Origin: Okamejei kenojei
Lineage: Eukaryota
Assembly: GCA_035221665.1 (NCBI GenBank)
Contig: CM069155.1
Location: 33,418,001-33,482,000, forward strand
DNA length: 64,000 nucleotides
Direction: 5' to 3'
Shown here: positions 12,736 to 25,221 of the stretch, in pieces
How positions within the stretch are numbered: position 1 is the stretch's first letter
Layout: each line of letters starts with the position of its first letter
Notes under the pieces: generated by a model
What the model was told of the DNA's origin: nothing
Seen by the model: only the letters and a program-made list of their open reading frames with translations
Database searches by the model: none
Program-made: the position numbers and the translations under genes

Positions 12736-13049
12736 TCCAACTTTTAAAAAATAGCCTCATTGATTATTTCCATCAGTGTTACAGGCTGAAAGTTCCATAC
12801 AATAAGCTTTCTCTGTACCTTGAAAACAAATTCAAGCATGCTCCTGTATATTTTGCCTGTTGAACTTAAATTCCCTGGTTCATGAATCTGTGATTGGGAA
12901 CAGCTCCGCTCCATTTATTCTACCTGAACCCATCATGATCTTGTATGCTTCGAACAAATCTTAAAGCAACCTTTGTTACACTAAGGTGAACTATCCCTGT
13001 ATCTTCAGTATACTCTTGTAGAGGGAGTCCTGCATCCCTGGAAAGATTC

Positions 13050-13390
13050 TTAATCATCACTGCATGGTTTGGGAACAAATCCATCCAAGACCACAAATAA
13101 AAGCAAAGAATTGTGGACGCAGCCCAGACCATCACACAAACCAACCTCCCTTCCATTGACTCAATTTATACTTCACGCTGCCTCGGCAAGGCCATCAGCA
13201 CAATCAAGGACGAGTCGCATCCCAGCCACTCCCTCTTCTCCCCTCCGCCATCGGGCAAAAAGTATAGAAGTATGAAAAAGCACACCTCCAGATTCAGGGA
13301 CAGTTTCTTCTCAGTTATCAGGCAACTGAACCATCCTACCACAACTAGAGAGCAGTCCTGAGCTATTATCTACCTCATTGGAGATCCTCA
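13050..13390 (+). mobile_element. Rex/Babar-type LINE RT C-terminal fragment
   Basis: ITAWFGN...DAAQTITQTNLPSIDSIYTSRCLGKA..IKDESHPSHSLFSP.PSGKKYRS...TSRFRDSFF. Confidence 0.8.
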
Positions 13391-13751
13391 AACTCAACAA
13401 AAGAGAAAATCGATTTTGAGAGAAAAAGTGCACAGTCCAGCTAAATGTTCTTTCATGAAGATGCTATATAATAAGTTCACGGAGATCACTGAATTGCTTC
13501 AACCAAATAATATGATAGACTTGGAACTGGTGCTTTTTAGCTTAGGGATATGTTTACTTCGCAGAATTTTGTGCTCAAGATACAACCTAACATTAAAAAA
13601 AAATGAAATCCAGTTGCTAAGTTTAAAGTATTCTTTAAATTTCCCAAAAGGTAAATGTAGGTACAATGTGCAAATGAATACTTAATTGAATCCATGGAAT
13701 GGTTACCGGAGGCTGACAGAGCCTTACAACACTGTGGCCCTGTGCTTTCAG

Positions 13752-13903
13752 GGAATGGAAGTGATGCCGGAGCAGCCTCGACCACTGCCAGGCTAGATGG
13801 CGGCAGCTGGATTGTAAATGGCACCAAGGCCTGGATCACAAATAGCTGGGATGCCTCTGCTGCGATTATCTTTGCCACCACAGACAAAGCACTCAAACAC
13901 AAG
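13752..13903 (+). CDS. ACADS: ACADS coding exon 5
   Basis: tttcAG acceptor, GTAAGT donor; 152 bp, phase compatible with exon 4; (G)[50 protein letters not shown]. Confidence 0.97.
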
Positions 13904-14175
13904 GTAAGTGGACGCAACATGTGGTAGCAGATTCCCCAGTGCAGGGGCTATTTGGATGTGGCATTGGTCTAACGATGATGAAAATAAACCTATTGCTGGG
14001 CTGGATTTATGACTGAACTTGTATATTCCTTTCAAGGTTAATGTTGGCAGTGTGCATAGCGTCAGGAAGTTGCACGAGGAAGTGACTTTAAAAAAAAAAA
14101 GCCATTTATTTTTAATTCTACACATGCCAGCAAGAATTCCCCTGTGTTTCTGGGTGCTTTCTGTGAAAATGTTGT

Positions 14176-14387
14176 CATAGAAACATAGAAACATAGAAAT
14201 TAGGTGCAGGAGTAGGCCATTCAGCCCTTCGAGCCTGCACCGCCATTCAAGACGATCATGGCTGATCATCCAACTCAGTATCCCGTACCTGCCTTCTCTC
14301 CATACCCTCTGATCCCCTTAGCCACAAGGGCCACATCCAACTCACTCTTAAATATAGCCAATGAACTGGCCTCAACTACCCTCTGTG
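14176..14387 (-). mobile_element. CR1 LINE 3' end
   Basis: (catagaaa)n tail and reverse RT end. Confidence 0.85.
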
Positions 14388-14743
14388 GTTGTCGACCATT
14401 TCCTATATTTTTTTTACTATCTTGAAATAGGCAAGTATTTTTTGTTGATAGTGCATTGTAAGGAACATATATTTGCAAACCAAATACTAAATACTGAGGA
14501 AGTAGAAACATAATTTTGTTTTGTCTTTAACCTTGTCTTTATATAGAGAATTAAAATGCAGTTGTAGCTAAGAGTAGGGCAATGCAATGGCGTGTGCGGA
14601 TAATGTATAGTGAGAACTTTCCAAATATTTGCATTTTGATTTAAGTAACCTTCTGTATAGGCAGTTGCACATTTTGGGTATGGATGGTTTCAAAGATATT
14701 TTTCTATGAATGCATCACGAACAAGACCAGTATCCCCCGATAT

Positions 14744-15015
14744 TCAGTTTAGAGATACAGCGTGGAAATAGGCTCTTCGGCCCATCGGGTCTGTGCTGAC
14801 CAACGATCACCCATCCTACACATTGGGGGCAATTTACAGAAGCCAATTATTAACCTACAAACCTACATGTGTTTAGAATGTGTGAGGAAACCAGAAAACC
14901 CAGACTGTCACTGGGAGAACGAACAAACTCCGTACAGACAACACCCGTTGTCAGGATTGAACCCAGGCCTCTGGAGGTGCAAGGGAGCAACTTTACTGCT
15001 GTGCCACTGCGCTGC
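14744..15015 (-). mobile_element. HE1-type SINE
   Basis: Core and tail similarity. Confidence 0.8.
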
Positions 15016-15295
15016 CTTGTGTTCTTCAGTCACTTGCAGTCTTTGTTGAACCATTGTAGTCCATATTGTCTGGACGATCTGAGAGTGTCGCAGGGCTGGG
15101 AGTTTCCAATGTTTTGACTCCGGAATGATGAAAGAGTGATGATGATATTGGATGAACAAGCTTGTGTGCAACTTTAAAGTGATAGGAATAACGTACAGCT
15201 GTTGCCCCTGCCCTGTAGGTAGACGTCTGTTGAATGGCACTGGTTAAGAAATAGAGGGACCTGTGAGTAAGTGACCCATAGTTAGTTTATTGAAA

Positions 15296-15505
15296 ATAGA
15301 CGCAAAATGCTGGAGTGACTCAGCAGGACAGGCAACATTTCTGGAGAGAAGGAATGGGTGACGTTTCGGGACGAAGCCCTTCTTCAGACTGACCCAAAAA
15401 GTCATTCATTCCTTCTCCCCAGAGATGCTGCCTGACCCACTGAGTTACTCCAGCATTTTGTATCTTGATCTTCGGTGTAAACCAGCATCTGCAGTTCCTT
15501 CCTAC
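15296..15505. mobile_element. Palindromic pair of Penelope terminal repeats
   Basis: tagacgcaaaatgctggagtgactcagc...cttcttcagac then the inverse ...ctgagttactccagcattttg. Confidence 0.75.
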
Positions 15506-16231
15506 ACCATAGTTAGAGATAGTATATGTGACTATACATGGGTATACTGTGTGTGCACAGTCTGAATAGTTATTCTATAGATGTACCAATAATCTATGCA
15601 TGTTGATATGCTGGATTGCTTAATGATGTGGAACAGTCAATTAAAATTACTGGTGTCATTTGAACATTTTCACGACATTTTTTAAACCTAATTCTCAGAT
15701 CAAATAAGTGAAAAGGCATTTGAGACCCTTCCTTTAAAAAGTTGAAGTCAAGATTTAAGTTGCCAGCTGTGAGTCTGAGCCTTTTATCAGTTGCTGACTG
15801 ATCAAGGATCTGAAAAATACTGACTGATCTCGGAGGTTGCATTGCTCTCTAAAAACCACCCCTTCGGGAGTGTTGCTTTGTGCTCATCCCCTGGGAAGTA
15901 GCTTGCCATCTTCCAAAGATTCTGCAGCTCCAATAATTCTGCCGCATTACTCTTCTCATCCCATTGCTTAAAAAAGATCCAATTTCGCTTCCATTTTCTG
16001 ATATATTTTTCAATACATATTTTCCTTGTGTGAATGTAAAAGCCAAAGGAATAGAAACAATGAAAGTTTGCATTATTTGGTATATATTGATTTAATGTCC
16101 ACATGCAGGAAGCCAATGAAGATCTGGAAGTGATGCCTGACCATCCTTGCGTTTTTCTTTCTAAAAAGACAGACACAGAATTATAAGTTTGCTTCTTCAG
16201 GAAGTGATCAAAGGGAATTTGTTGATCACGT

Positions 16232-16512
16232 GTGGCACGGAGTTGCTGCCTTACATGTCAGACCCGGGTTGGATCCTGACTACGGGTGCTGGCTGTACGG
16301 AGTTTGTACGTCCTTCCTGTGACCAGCGTGGGTTTTCTCCAGGTGTCCCAGTGTCTTCCCTTAGTTCAAAGACGTGGAGATTTTGTAGGTTAATTGGTTT
16401 GGTATAATTGTAAAGTGTCCCTCGTGTGTGTAGGATAGTGTAAGCATGCGGGGATCGCTGGTTGGCACGGAGCCGGCCGGCCGAAGGGCCTGTTTCCGCG
16501 CTGTATCTCTAA
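16232..16512 (+). mobile_element. HE1-type SINE
   Basis: gacccgggttggatcctgactacgggtgct...gggcctgtttccgcgctgtatctctaaa. Confidence 0.85.
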
Positions 16513-16934
16513 ATCTCCTCAAAGACTTGTCTTCTTCATCTATATACTTCACTAATAATTTTTTCCACATGTGCCTTGTTAGTGCCGTACATGTTTTAAG
16601 TTGTCTTATTGCCTTTTGAAAACTATTCTATTGGCCTATGTTCCCAGAAAATGAGACTGACAGTGTTGGCAAAAGTGTCTTTTGAAACATCAGCATCATT
16701 GGATATTGTTTACAGATTATTTCAGTGAAGCAAAATTGTGATTGGAAAAAAATAAGCAAGATTGGAGTCAAAACAAGTCTTAAAAATAAGTTAATTATGC
16801 AGGAGATAATAAACAGGGCAAATATACTGGAGAATGTTGCAGAACGAGAGTGAGAACCTAGCAGTCCTTGGGCCCGTGTCACAGTGGTGCCGCGATTAAG
16901 CTGCTTACTGTGCCTCACAGTGCCAGATACCCTG

Positions 16935-17492
16935 GCGGCCACGTGGCATAGCGGTAGAGTTGCTGCCTTACAGTGCTTGCAGCTCCCGAGACCCGGGTTC
17001 GATCCCGACTACGGGTGCTTGTCTGTACGGAGTTTGTATGTTCTCCCTGTGACCGCGTGGGTTTTCACGGAGATCTTCGGTTTCCTCCCACACTACAAAG
17101 ACGTACAGGTTTGTAGGTTAGTTGGCCTAGTGTACATGTAAATATAGTGTTAATGTGCGGGGATCGCTGGTCGGTGCGGACGTGGTGTGCCGAAGGGCCT
17201 GCTTCCGCGCTGTATCTCTAAACTAAACTAAAAACTAGACCCAAGTTAAATCCTGAGTAAGGACGGAGTTTGTATGTACTCCCTGTGACTGCATGGGATT
17301 TCTCCGGGTGCTCCGGTTTCCGCGCACACTCTAAAGACGTGCAGACTTGTAGGTTAATTGGCTTCTGTAAATTGCCCCTAGTGTATAGGATGCGAAAGTG
17401 GGATAACATAGAACTAGTGTACAGGGGATCGATGGCCGGCATGGACTCGGTGGGCCGAATGGCTTGTTTCCACGTTGAACCTCTAAACTAAA
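16935..17492 (+). mobile_element. Two tandem HE1-type SINEs (full copy then 5'-truncated copy from about 17261)
   Basis: Head gtggcatagcggtag/gttcgatcc, tails (ctaaa)n at about 17233 and 17492. Confidence 0.85.
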
Positions 17493-17617
17493 GCTCAGTC
17501 AATGATCATATATGGTTTACGATGTGGTTTGTTGCTGTGTAACAGTTAAAGATTCAGTGACCACAAGAAATTGTAAATTGTGAAATTGATTTACAGAGTG
17601 TTCCTCCTCTCTGTACT

Positions 17618-17908
17618 CAGTTTAGCGATACAGAATGGAAACGGGCCCTTCGGCTCACCAACTCCACGCTTTCCAGCGATCACCCATACATTAGTTATAT
17701 CGTACACACTCGGGACAATTTACAAAAGCCAATTAACCCACAAACCTGCACGTCCTTGGAATGTGGGCGGAAATCAGAGCACTCAGAAAAAACCCACGAG
17801 GTCACAGGGAGAACATACAAGCTCCAGGCAGATACCATCTGTAGTCAGGATTGAACCCGGGTCCCTGGCACTAAGGCAGCAACTCTACTGCTGTGCTAAT
17901 GTGCCGCC
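17618..17908 (-). mobile_element. HE1-type SINE
   Basis: Core and head similarity. Confidence 0.8.
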
Positions 17909-18789
17909 CCATATTCTTTAAGCTCACGCAATTAATAGACATAGACTCTACTTTTATCCATTGCAGTAGTGACAATAGACAGTAGGTGCAGGAGTAGGCC
18001 ATTTGGCCCTCTGAGTCATCACCGCCATTCAATGTGATCTTGGCTGATCATCCCCACTCCAAAATATGTCCAATTCCTATTTAGCCAAATTCTCACATAT
18101 TTTGATCCAATTTCAGATTCTAAAAAATTCCAAAGAAAAGATATTAGACCAGTGGATTTATATTTTAATATTTAGCACTCAACTAATATTTAATCTAAAA
18201 TTGTATTTAATACTGAACTCAACTCAATTAGTACCCATCCTTGATATGGATTATTTTCTAACCTGAGGCTATCATAAGGCCTTGGAGAATTGTCTGTATT
18301 TAGACATTATTTTCTCTGTTTATATTCTTCTGCATATTAAGTTCAGTAACTTTCTTGCCTTGATTTATGTTTCATTTTCATGAACTCTTCGTAGCACCTT
18401 CTACTTTTCATCTGCCAATAATTTACTTATTTTCATCTACTTATTCATCTGGATAACTACATGAATCGCAGGGCATAGTATTTAGGCTGTGGACATGTGC
18501 ATGACTGTGAATTGTGCATAGAGGTGCCCAGAATATGTCCAGATGCGTACGATTTCGCTACTGCAATTACTATGGCAATGTATTGCAGTTTCAATTCCTT
18601 TAAAGACCGATTTTGTGCGCAGAGACAGCTGCTAATCTATCCAATGATATGAGGTTTTTACTCGTTCTTTTGAGAATTACTTTTTGTGGATACTTTTTCT
18701 TATGTTCTCTGCAGCTCTGATGGAAGCTTTGTAGTTCTATGCTGTGTTTTATATACTTTGCCAAAAAGATATACAACACAGCACAGAAT

Positions 18790-18949
18790 NNNNNNNNNNN
18801 NNNNNNNNNNNNNNNNNNNNNNNNNNNNNNNNNNNNNNNNNNNNNNNNNNNNNNNNNNNNNNNNNNNNNNNNNNNNNNNNNNNNNNNNNNNNNNNNNNNN
18901 NNNNNNNNNNNNNNNNNNNNNNNNNNNNNNNNNNNNNNNNNNNNNNNNN
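18790..18949. other. Assembly gap (160 N)
   Basis: Run of N. Confidence 1.
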
Positions 18950-19473
18950 TTTATAAACCTTTTATTTTCATTTACCACTTTGTATCGCATCTCCAGATGA
19001 GTTAAGTTGCCTTGTAAGCCAAGTAGAGCACGTCTCTGCTAGGATTATGTACATATCATGTATTCTACCAGATGGTTCTTTTAACGCTATCATCTCTACT
19101 TTTACCTGTTAACAGTTACACTGTGGTTATTTTCTGACTTGTTCCTTTAAAGTCTCCCTTTTTAAAATCTCAAAATAGTTGTTTATGACTATTTTTGTCA
19201 CTCTCACCTTCGATAAATGGAATCATGATGCATCATTGGTGGCCCTGATAATGGGGTGCTCCTTCACTGTTAAATTGTAGATTAATCCAAGACTAATCCA
19301 TTGCTGAATCCAATAGAGGTTATATAAATAAAACCAGCAGATGGCACACTCTGACAGGTTTTTAATCTCAAACAGCCAAATTAAAAAAAATAGGAAAAGG
19401 GTTAGATAGTAGCAACAATCTTTTATTTTAATGCTTCATACAGTATAATCTTTATTTTCTTTACTTCAGACTT

Positions 19474-19755
19474 GACTTTAGAGATACAGCGCGGAAACAG
19501 GCCCTTCGGCTGACCGAGTCCGCGCCGACCCGCGATCATTATCATCACCCTGCACACTAGGGACAATTTACAATTTTACTGATGCCAATTAACCTACACA
19601 CCTGTACGTCTTTGGAGAGTGGGAGGAAACCAGAGCACCTGGAGAAAACCTAAGCTGTCACAGGGGGACCTTACAAACTCCGTACGGATATCACCTATAG
19701 TCAGGATCGAACCCAGATCTCGGGCTGTAAGGCAGCAACTCTACCGCTGCGCCAT
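19474..19755 (-). mobile_element. HE1-type SINE
   Basis: Core and tail similarity. Confidence 0.85.
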
Positions 19756-20934
19756 GCGATGGTCAGCATTTTTTGTTGAGGTGGAGCGATTGCTAATTGT
19801 TTTTACAAAATCCTTTGCTCATTTTTAATGTCCATACAGAGAGGCCCAGAAGATCAGCTTGAAAGCCGTGAGAAATAATAGCATGTTGTTTAATTTCATC
19901 ACCGTGGAATTGAAGATGTATCATTTGTTCAACAGATAAGATTGCCCAATTAAAGTGTTATTCAAACCCCATACTCTTCAAAAATCAAAAACATTTCTGT
20001 AAAGTTTTCATTTAATATCGCATGAGACATTCATCTTAAATGAACCTAAATGTTTAAATGCAAACTGGTGTTATCGACAGAACAAGAATTTAATCTAATC
20101 AGTATGAGAATCAAAAGTTGCGGGTGAAAGGGCAGGAAATTGGACGTGATCTTTTGCAGCTTTATCTTCCTGGAGGATTCAATATCATTATAGGCCAAGT
20201 TAGAAGTAGATTAACAATTACTAGGACTAAGAACTAGATGCTTTTGAACTACTTCGTAGCCCTCAAAGGGATATAACTCTTGCAACAATAGGAAGATCAA
20301 CAATGTGGATAAGTTAGAATCGGGTGCAATCTTCTCAAAATATTGCGGTGCCCGTACACTGTTTGGCAAATGTTTCGATAGGAGAACAGAAAGGAGATTT
20401 TGTGGCCGCAAACAGGGCTCCAGAGAGGAACTGCAGATGCTGGCTTGAACCAAAGATAGACACAAAATGCTGGAATAACTCAGCTGGACAGGCAGCATCT
20501 CTGGAGAGAAGAAACGGGTGACATTTCTGGTCGAGACCCTTCTTCAGAGTGGTGTGTTGCCTCCCTTGTGCCAGTGTCGAGGACGTCTCTGAGCGGCTGC
20601 AGGACATTCTAAAGGGTGAGCAGCCGGAAATTGTTGTGCATTAATGACACAGGTCACCACCGTGAGGGAGGGGGAAGGACAATGGGTAACGGAGAACCCG
20701 GTGTAGGTGACCGACGTGATGGGGGGGGGGGGAGAACAAAGGGGGACCCAGTGTGGGGGAGTGGGGGGGAGCAAAGAAGGAGCCGGCATATGTTGTAACT
20801 TTGTCAGTGCCATAGGTGGCCGCTATTTGTATGCAAGCAAAGAATTACACTGTGCCTTGTGACTTGTGACAATAAAGTATCCCATTCCATAGGTAGGACG
20901 GGATGAGGTCCTGCGAAGTGAACATAGGGAGTAA

Positions 20935-21634
20935 AGGCCCTGTCCCACTTACATGTCCTTGGCATGCAAATTACGTGACCTCGTCGTCACGTTGAGCTGC
21001 ACGGGCATTGTGTGGCCGTGCGGGGCCGGTGCCATTGATAAGCGCGGAGGGGTATGGAGTTGTGCGCGATACTGCGCGTTGCTCCGATAATTTGTAGCGA
21101 ACAAAATCTTCGAACGCCACCGGCCTGTCGCATAACTGACAGCCAAAGTGGGACAGGCCCAAGACCCTGGCGCCACGCAACCTCTCACCTCCAACAGCAG
21201 CAGAAGCAGGCAAACGATCATCGAACTCAGCCTGGGGCTCACGGCCGTTGCGGTCCGGATCCGCCCCCACTTCTACTCCCAGAGCGGGCCAAGAAAATTG
21301 AAGATAGACACAAAATGCTGGAGTAACTCAGCTGCTGGAGTAACTCAGTGGAACCGGCAGCATCTCTGGAGAGAAGGAATGGATGATGTTTCGGGTCGAG
21401 GCCCTTCTTTCAGACTGAAGAAGAGTCTCAACCCGAAACATCACCCATTGCTTCTCTCCAGAGGTGCTGCCGGTCCCGCTGCGTTACTCCTGCAATTTAT
21501 GTCCATCTTCAAATGACGTCACGCGCTCCAGACGGCTGTGCGGGCGCATGAAGTCGCGTGGGACCGTTGCGCCTCAACGCGACCACGAGGTCATGTAATT
21601 AGCATGCCAAGGACACATAAGTGGGACAGGGGCT
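20935..21634. mobile_element. MITE / non-autonomous DNA transposon, PIF-Harbinger-like
   Basis: About 62-bp terminal inverted repeats (aggccctgtcccacttacatgtccttggcatgc... / ...gcatgccaaggacacataagtgggacaggggct), flanked by TAA/TTA; no transposase. Confidence 0.8.
21298..21512. mobile_element. Palindromic pair of Penelope terminal repeats nested in MITE
   Basis: About 100-bp arms inverted around cagactg at about 21413. Confidence 0.75.
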
Positions 21635-22046
21635 TTAGGCAAAAGGTTAAAAATCAGGACCGAGAGTGCAGTTACATTAGGGTTACTCCCAGTTCCACGT
21701 ACTAGTGCGGGTAGGAATAGGACAGATGATTGCGTGATTGAGGAGTTCAACATTTTGGGCCTTTGAAATCTCATCTGGGGCAGGGGTGACCAATACAAGA
21801 AAGACGGGTTGCAGATGAATTGGAGGGGGACTAATATCCTGGCAGGCAAATTTGTTAGTGCTACTCGGGAGGGTTTAAATTAGATTGACAATTGTGTGGG
21901 ATCCAAAGCAGTAGTGAGGCAGATGAGAGGCTGGAAGTTGATCCAGAATCCAACAACAGAAAGTTCAGTAGGCAAAACAGATAGCAGCATGACAGGGAAC
22001 AAGGACTGTTGGATTCAATTGAATTTATTTCAAAGCGAGAGACCTT

Positions 22047-22628
22047 GGGCGGTGGTGCAGCGGTAGAGTTGCTGCCTTACAGCGCTTGCAGCGCCAGAGA
22101 TCCGGGTTCGATCCTGACTACGGATGCTGTCTGTACGGAGTTTGTACGTTCTCCCCGTGACCTGCGTGGGTTTTCTCCGAGATCTTCGGTTTCCTCCCAC
22201 ACTCTAAAGACGTACAGGTATGTAGGTAAATTGGCTTGGTAAGTGTAAAAATTGTCCCTAGTGTATGTGTAGGATGGTGTAAATATGTGGGGATCACTGG
22301 TCGGTGCAGACTTGGTGGGCCGAAAGGTCTGTCTCTGCACTGTATCTCTGAAGCCTTAGAACGGAGACGAGGAAACACTTTTTCTCACAGAGAGCGGTGA
22401 GTCTCCGAAATTCTCTGCCTCAGAGGGCGGTGGAGGCAGGTTCTCTGGATGCTTTCAAGAGAGAGCTAGATAGGGCTCTTAAAAATAGTGGTCAGGAGAT
22501 GCGGGGAGAAGGCTGGAATGGGGTACTGATTGAGAATGATCAGCCACGATCACATTGAATGGCGTTGCTGGCTCAAAGGGCCGAATGGCCTACTCCTGCA
22601 CCTATTGTCTATTGTCTATTGTCTAAGT
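22047..22628 (+). mobile_element. HE1-type SINE (to about 22350) followed by CR1 3' end
   Basis: Full SINE then agaacggagacgaggaaacac...(ctattgt)n tail. Confidence 0.85.
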
Positions 22629-23419
22629 CTAAATGTGAGATTAGCAGCTATGGAAAGCTGTGTAATTTCATTGCTAGGCAGATAGGACATTCCCTCTCGA
22701 AAATAAATGGACAGGGTAGAGGAATCTGATTACATACACGCTTCATGAAGGACTCCAGCTTGGTTAACTGGTCCTTTTATTGTTATAGTGTGTTTTCTAG
22801 GGGCGATCTGCTTAATGTGCTGTAACAGTCAGTTAGTCCTTAAGGTCATTATCTGTAATGCCTTTTCCATGACACCAAGCTTTAGCCGGTACCGGCTGGT
22901 AATGATTTTACATTAGTTTCGCTTGGTTAAATGAACACAAAAGGCACACAGAATAGTAGCAATTTGGTTTCCCATCCATTGCAAGTTTCAATATAAGTTT
23001 GAGGATTTCGGATCACATAGGTGGAGAATGAACATTAATGGAGCGGGAAGAAAGCTAAAGGAATATATAAATGTCTCAATGGTATTTTATTGTCACGTGT
23101 ACCTAAGTGCAGTGGAATTATTATTTACTTTGCATACAGTTCAGTGACAATCCTGCTACATAGGAGGCACAATCATACTAAGTAAGGTAGTAGACCACAC
23201 CACGTCCGCACACAACAGTCGCCATGTTTTGGCGCCTTCTTATTCCCTTCAAGTCCGATATGTTTGGAAAAAGTTAGTCTTAGCTTGGCTTGCCAGACAT
23301 GATATCCGAAAGATCCATTTTTTGATGTTGATTGAGCATATGCTCGGTTATCAAGTTTCTGTGCATCCAGGTCCATGGGACTGAACTTCTGACATTGATC
23401 TTCACTGATATCTGGATCT

Positions 23420-24090
23420 CTTGAGTGACTTCAGGAAGGTGAACCCTCATGAAGTGTCTGCCCCTGATGGTGTACCTGGTCGCGTTCTCAATACCTGCGC
23501 AGACCGACTGGCTGGTGTTTTTGCAGACATCTTCAACCTCTCATTACTGACGCCTGAGGTTCTCACCTACTTTAAAAAGGCATCCATAATACCGGTGCCC
23601 AAGAAGAGTAATTGAGATTCGGTATGTCAACAAATACTCTCTTGAACTTCTACAGGTGTACGGTCGAAAGCATATTGACTGGTTGCACCATGGCCTGGTT
23701 CAGCAACTTCAATGCCAGGAACGAAATAAATTGTGAAGATCGCTGCCCAGCCCGCCATCGATACTGACCTGCGCATCCTGACAACGTCTCATTTCATTCC
23801 TGCCATCGGGAAGAAAGTATAGGAATCTGAACACTGTAATGCCAGGTTCAGGAGCAGTTTCTTTCCAGCAACCATCAGGCTATTGAACACTATAAACTCC
23901 CAAATAAACAAGAGCTGCCTGGATTGCACTGGGGACTTTGACTTTATTTTGATTTAGCACTATATCATTTTTTATTATTGAACTTTTTTTGTTAGGCAGT
24001 GTTTACAAACCTGTTGTGCTGCTGCAAGTAGGCATTTAATTGTTCCGTTCGGAACATATGATGATAAAATACTCTCTGATTCTCTTGACT
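23420..24090 (+). mobile_element. Rex/Babar-type LINE internally deleted fragment
   Basis: PDGVPGRVLNTCADRLAGVFADIFNLSL...IIPVPKK, LNFYRCTVESILTGC, 3' tail. Confidence 0.8.
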
Positions 24091-25221
24091 GCCATGACTT
24101 GTTCAAATGTAGCTCATCTCCCATTTTGGAGGTGCAGCCTGCCATAAACTGGCTTAAACTAATGCAAGCCGCTCATAACATTGGGCCTCTGGATATTCAC
24201 TAAAGGCAGTCAGGCACATTGGATGCTGCAATCAGGATAACGAGTAGGCAGCTCAATTGCACATTTGATGCCACTGAACATTTTCTAGAGCTGTTCAATT
24301 TAACAATGTTTCAAATCGAATTTGTGAAGTATGTGAAAATGAAAAAAATGCATGCTGAGGTGGATTAAAGTAAATCGTTTCAGAACAGGCTGATCGACTG
24401 GTTAGCATCCATCCCGTTATCATTTCTGAGATCTTTATAAGTATATATCTTTCCACCTCAAAAAGACTGGTTTGAATTCATCTTAAACCAATAAATGATG
24501 CCCTTACATAAAATGCAATGGCACAGTTTCAACACAGATTTGTTGTTTAACTCAGAATAACACATCGCTGCTTGGATTTTGACATTGCTTAGTTACAAAT
24601 TGCTCTTTAATTAACATAGAAACATAGAAACATAGAAATTAGGTGCAGGAGTAGGCCATTCAGCCCTTCGAGCCTGCACCGCCATTCAATATGATCATGG
24701 CTGATCATCCAATAACCTCGGTATTACAGCTAGGCACTAATCTTAATGCCAGAATTATCCTTCTTGTTTATGTTTTTCCACCCTTCGCAATGCACTTACA
24801 TCACTAATTTGTGCTGTCTGTATGTTCCCGATTGCGTCTGTCATAGAGTCATAGTGAGAAAACAGGACCTTCGACCCAACTTGGCAACACCGACCAACCA
24901 ACATGTCCCATCCATACTAGTCCCACCTGCCTGCATTTTGCCCATATCCCTATTCTTTCCATGAACCTAGTCTAAATGTTTCTTAAACAATGCGATAGGA
25001 CCTGTCTCAACTACCTCCTCCGGCACCTCGTTTCATACACCGGCCACCCTTTGTGTAAAAAAAAGTTTCCCCTCTGTGTCCTATTAAGTATTTCCCCCAC
25101 CCACCCATGCACCCGTATTGTTCTCGATTCCCCTACTCTGGGAAAGAGACTCTGTTGCGTTTACCCAATCTATTCCTCTCATAATTTTGTACACCTCTAT
25201 AAGATCACCCCTCATCCTCCT

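Larger units (their letters stand above)
20388..21890 (+). mobile_element. CR1 ORF1 (SGNH esterase-like) remnant split by younger insertions
   Basis: RRFCGR / VCCLP.ASVEDVSERLQDILKGEQPEIVVH / DEVLRSEHRE-LGKRLK...GLLPVP / WGRGDQYKKDGLQMNWRGTNILAG. Confidence 0.75.

Noticed and set aside
22047-22120. tRNA gene-like A/B boxes (also in other SINE heads)
   Set aside because: SINE heads continuing into SINE body and tail; no full cloverleaf
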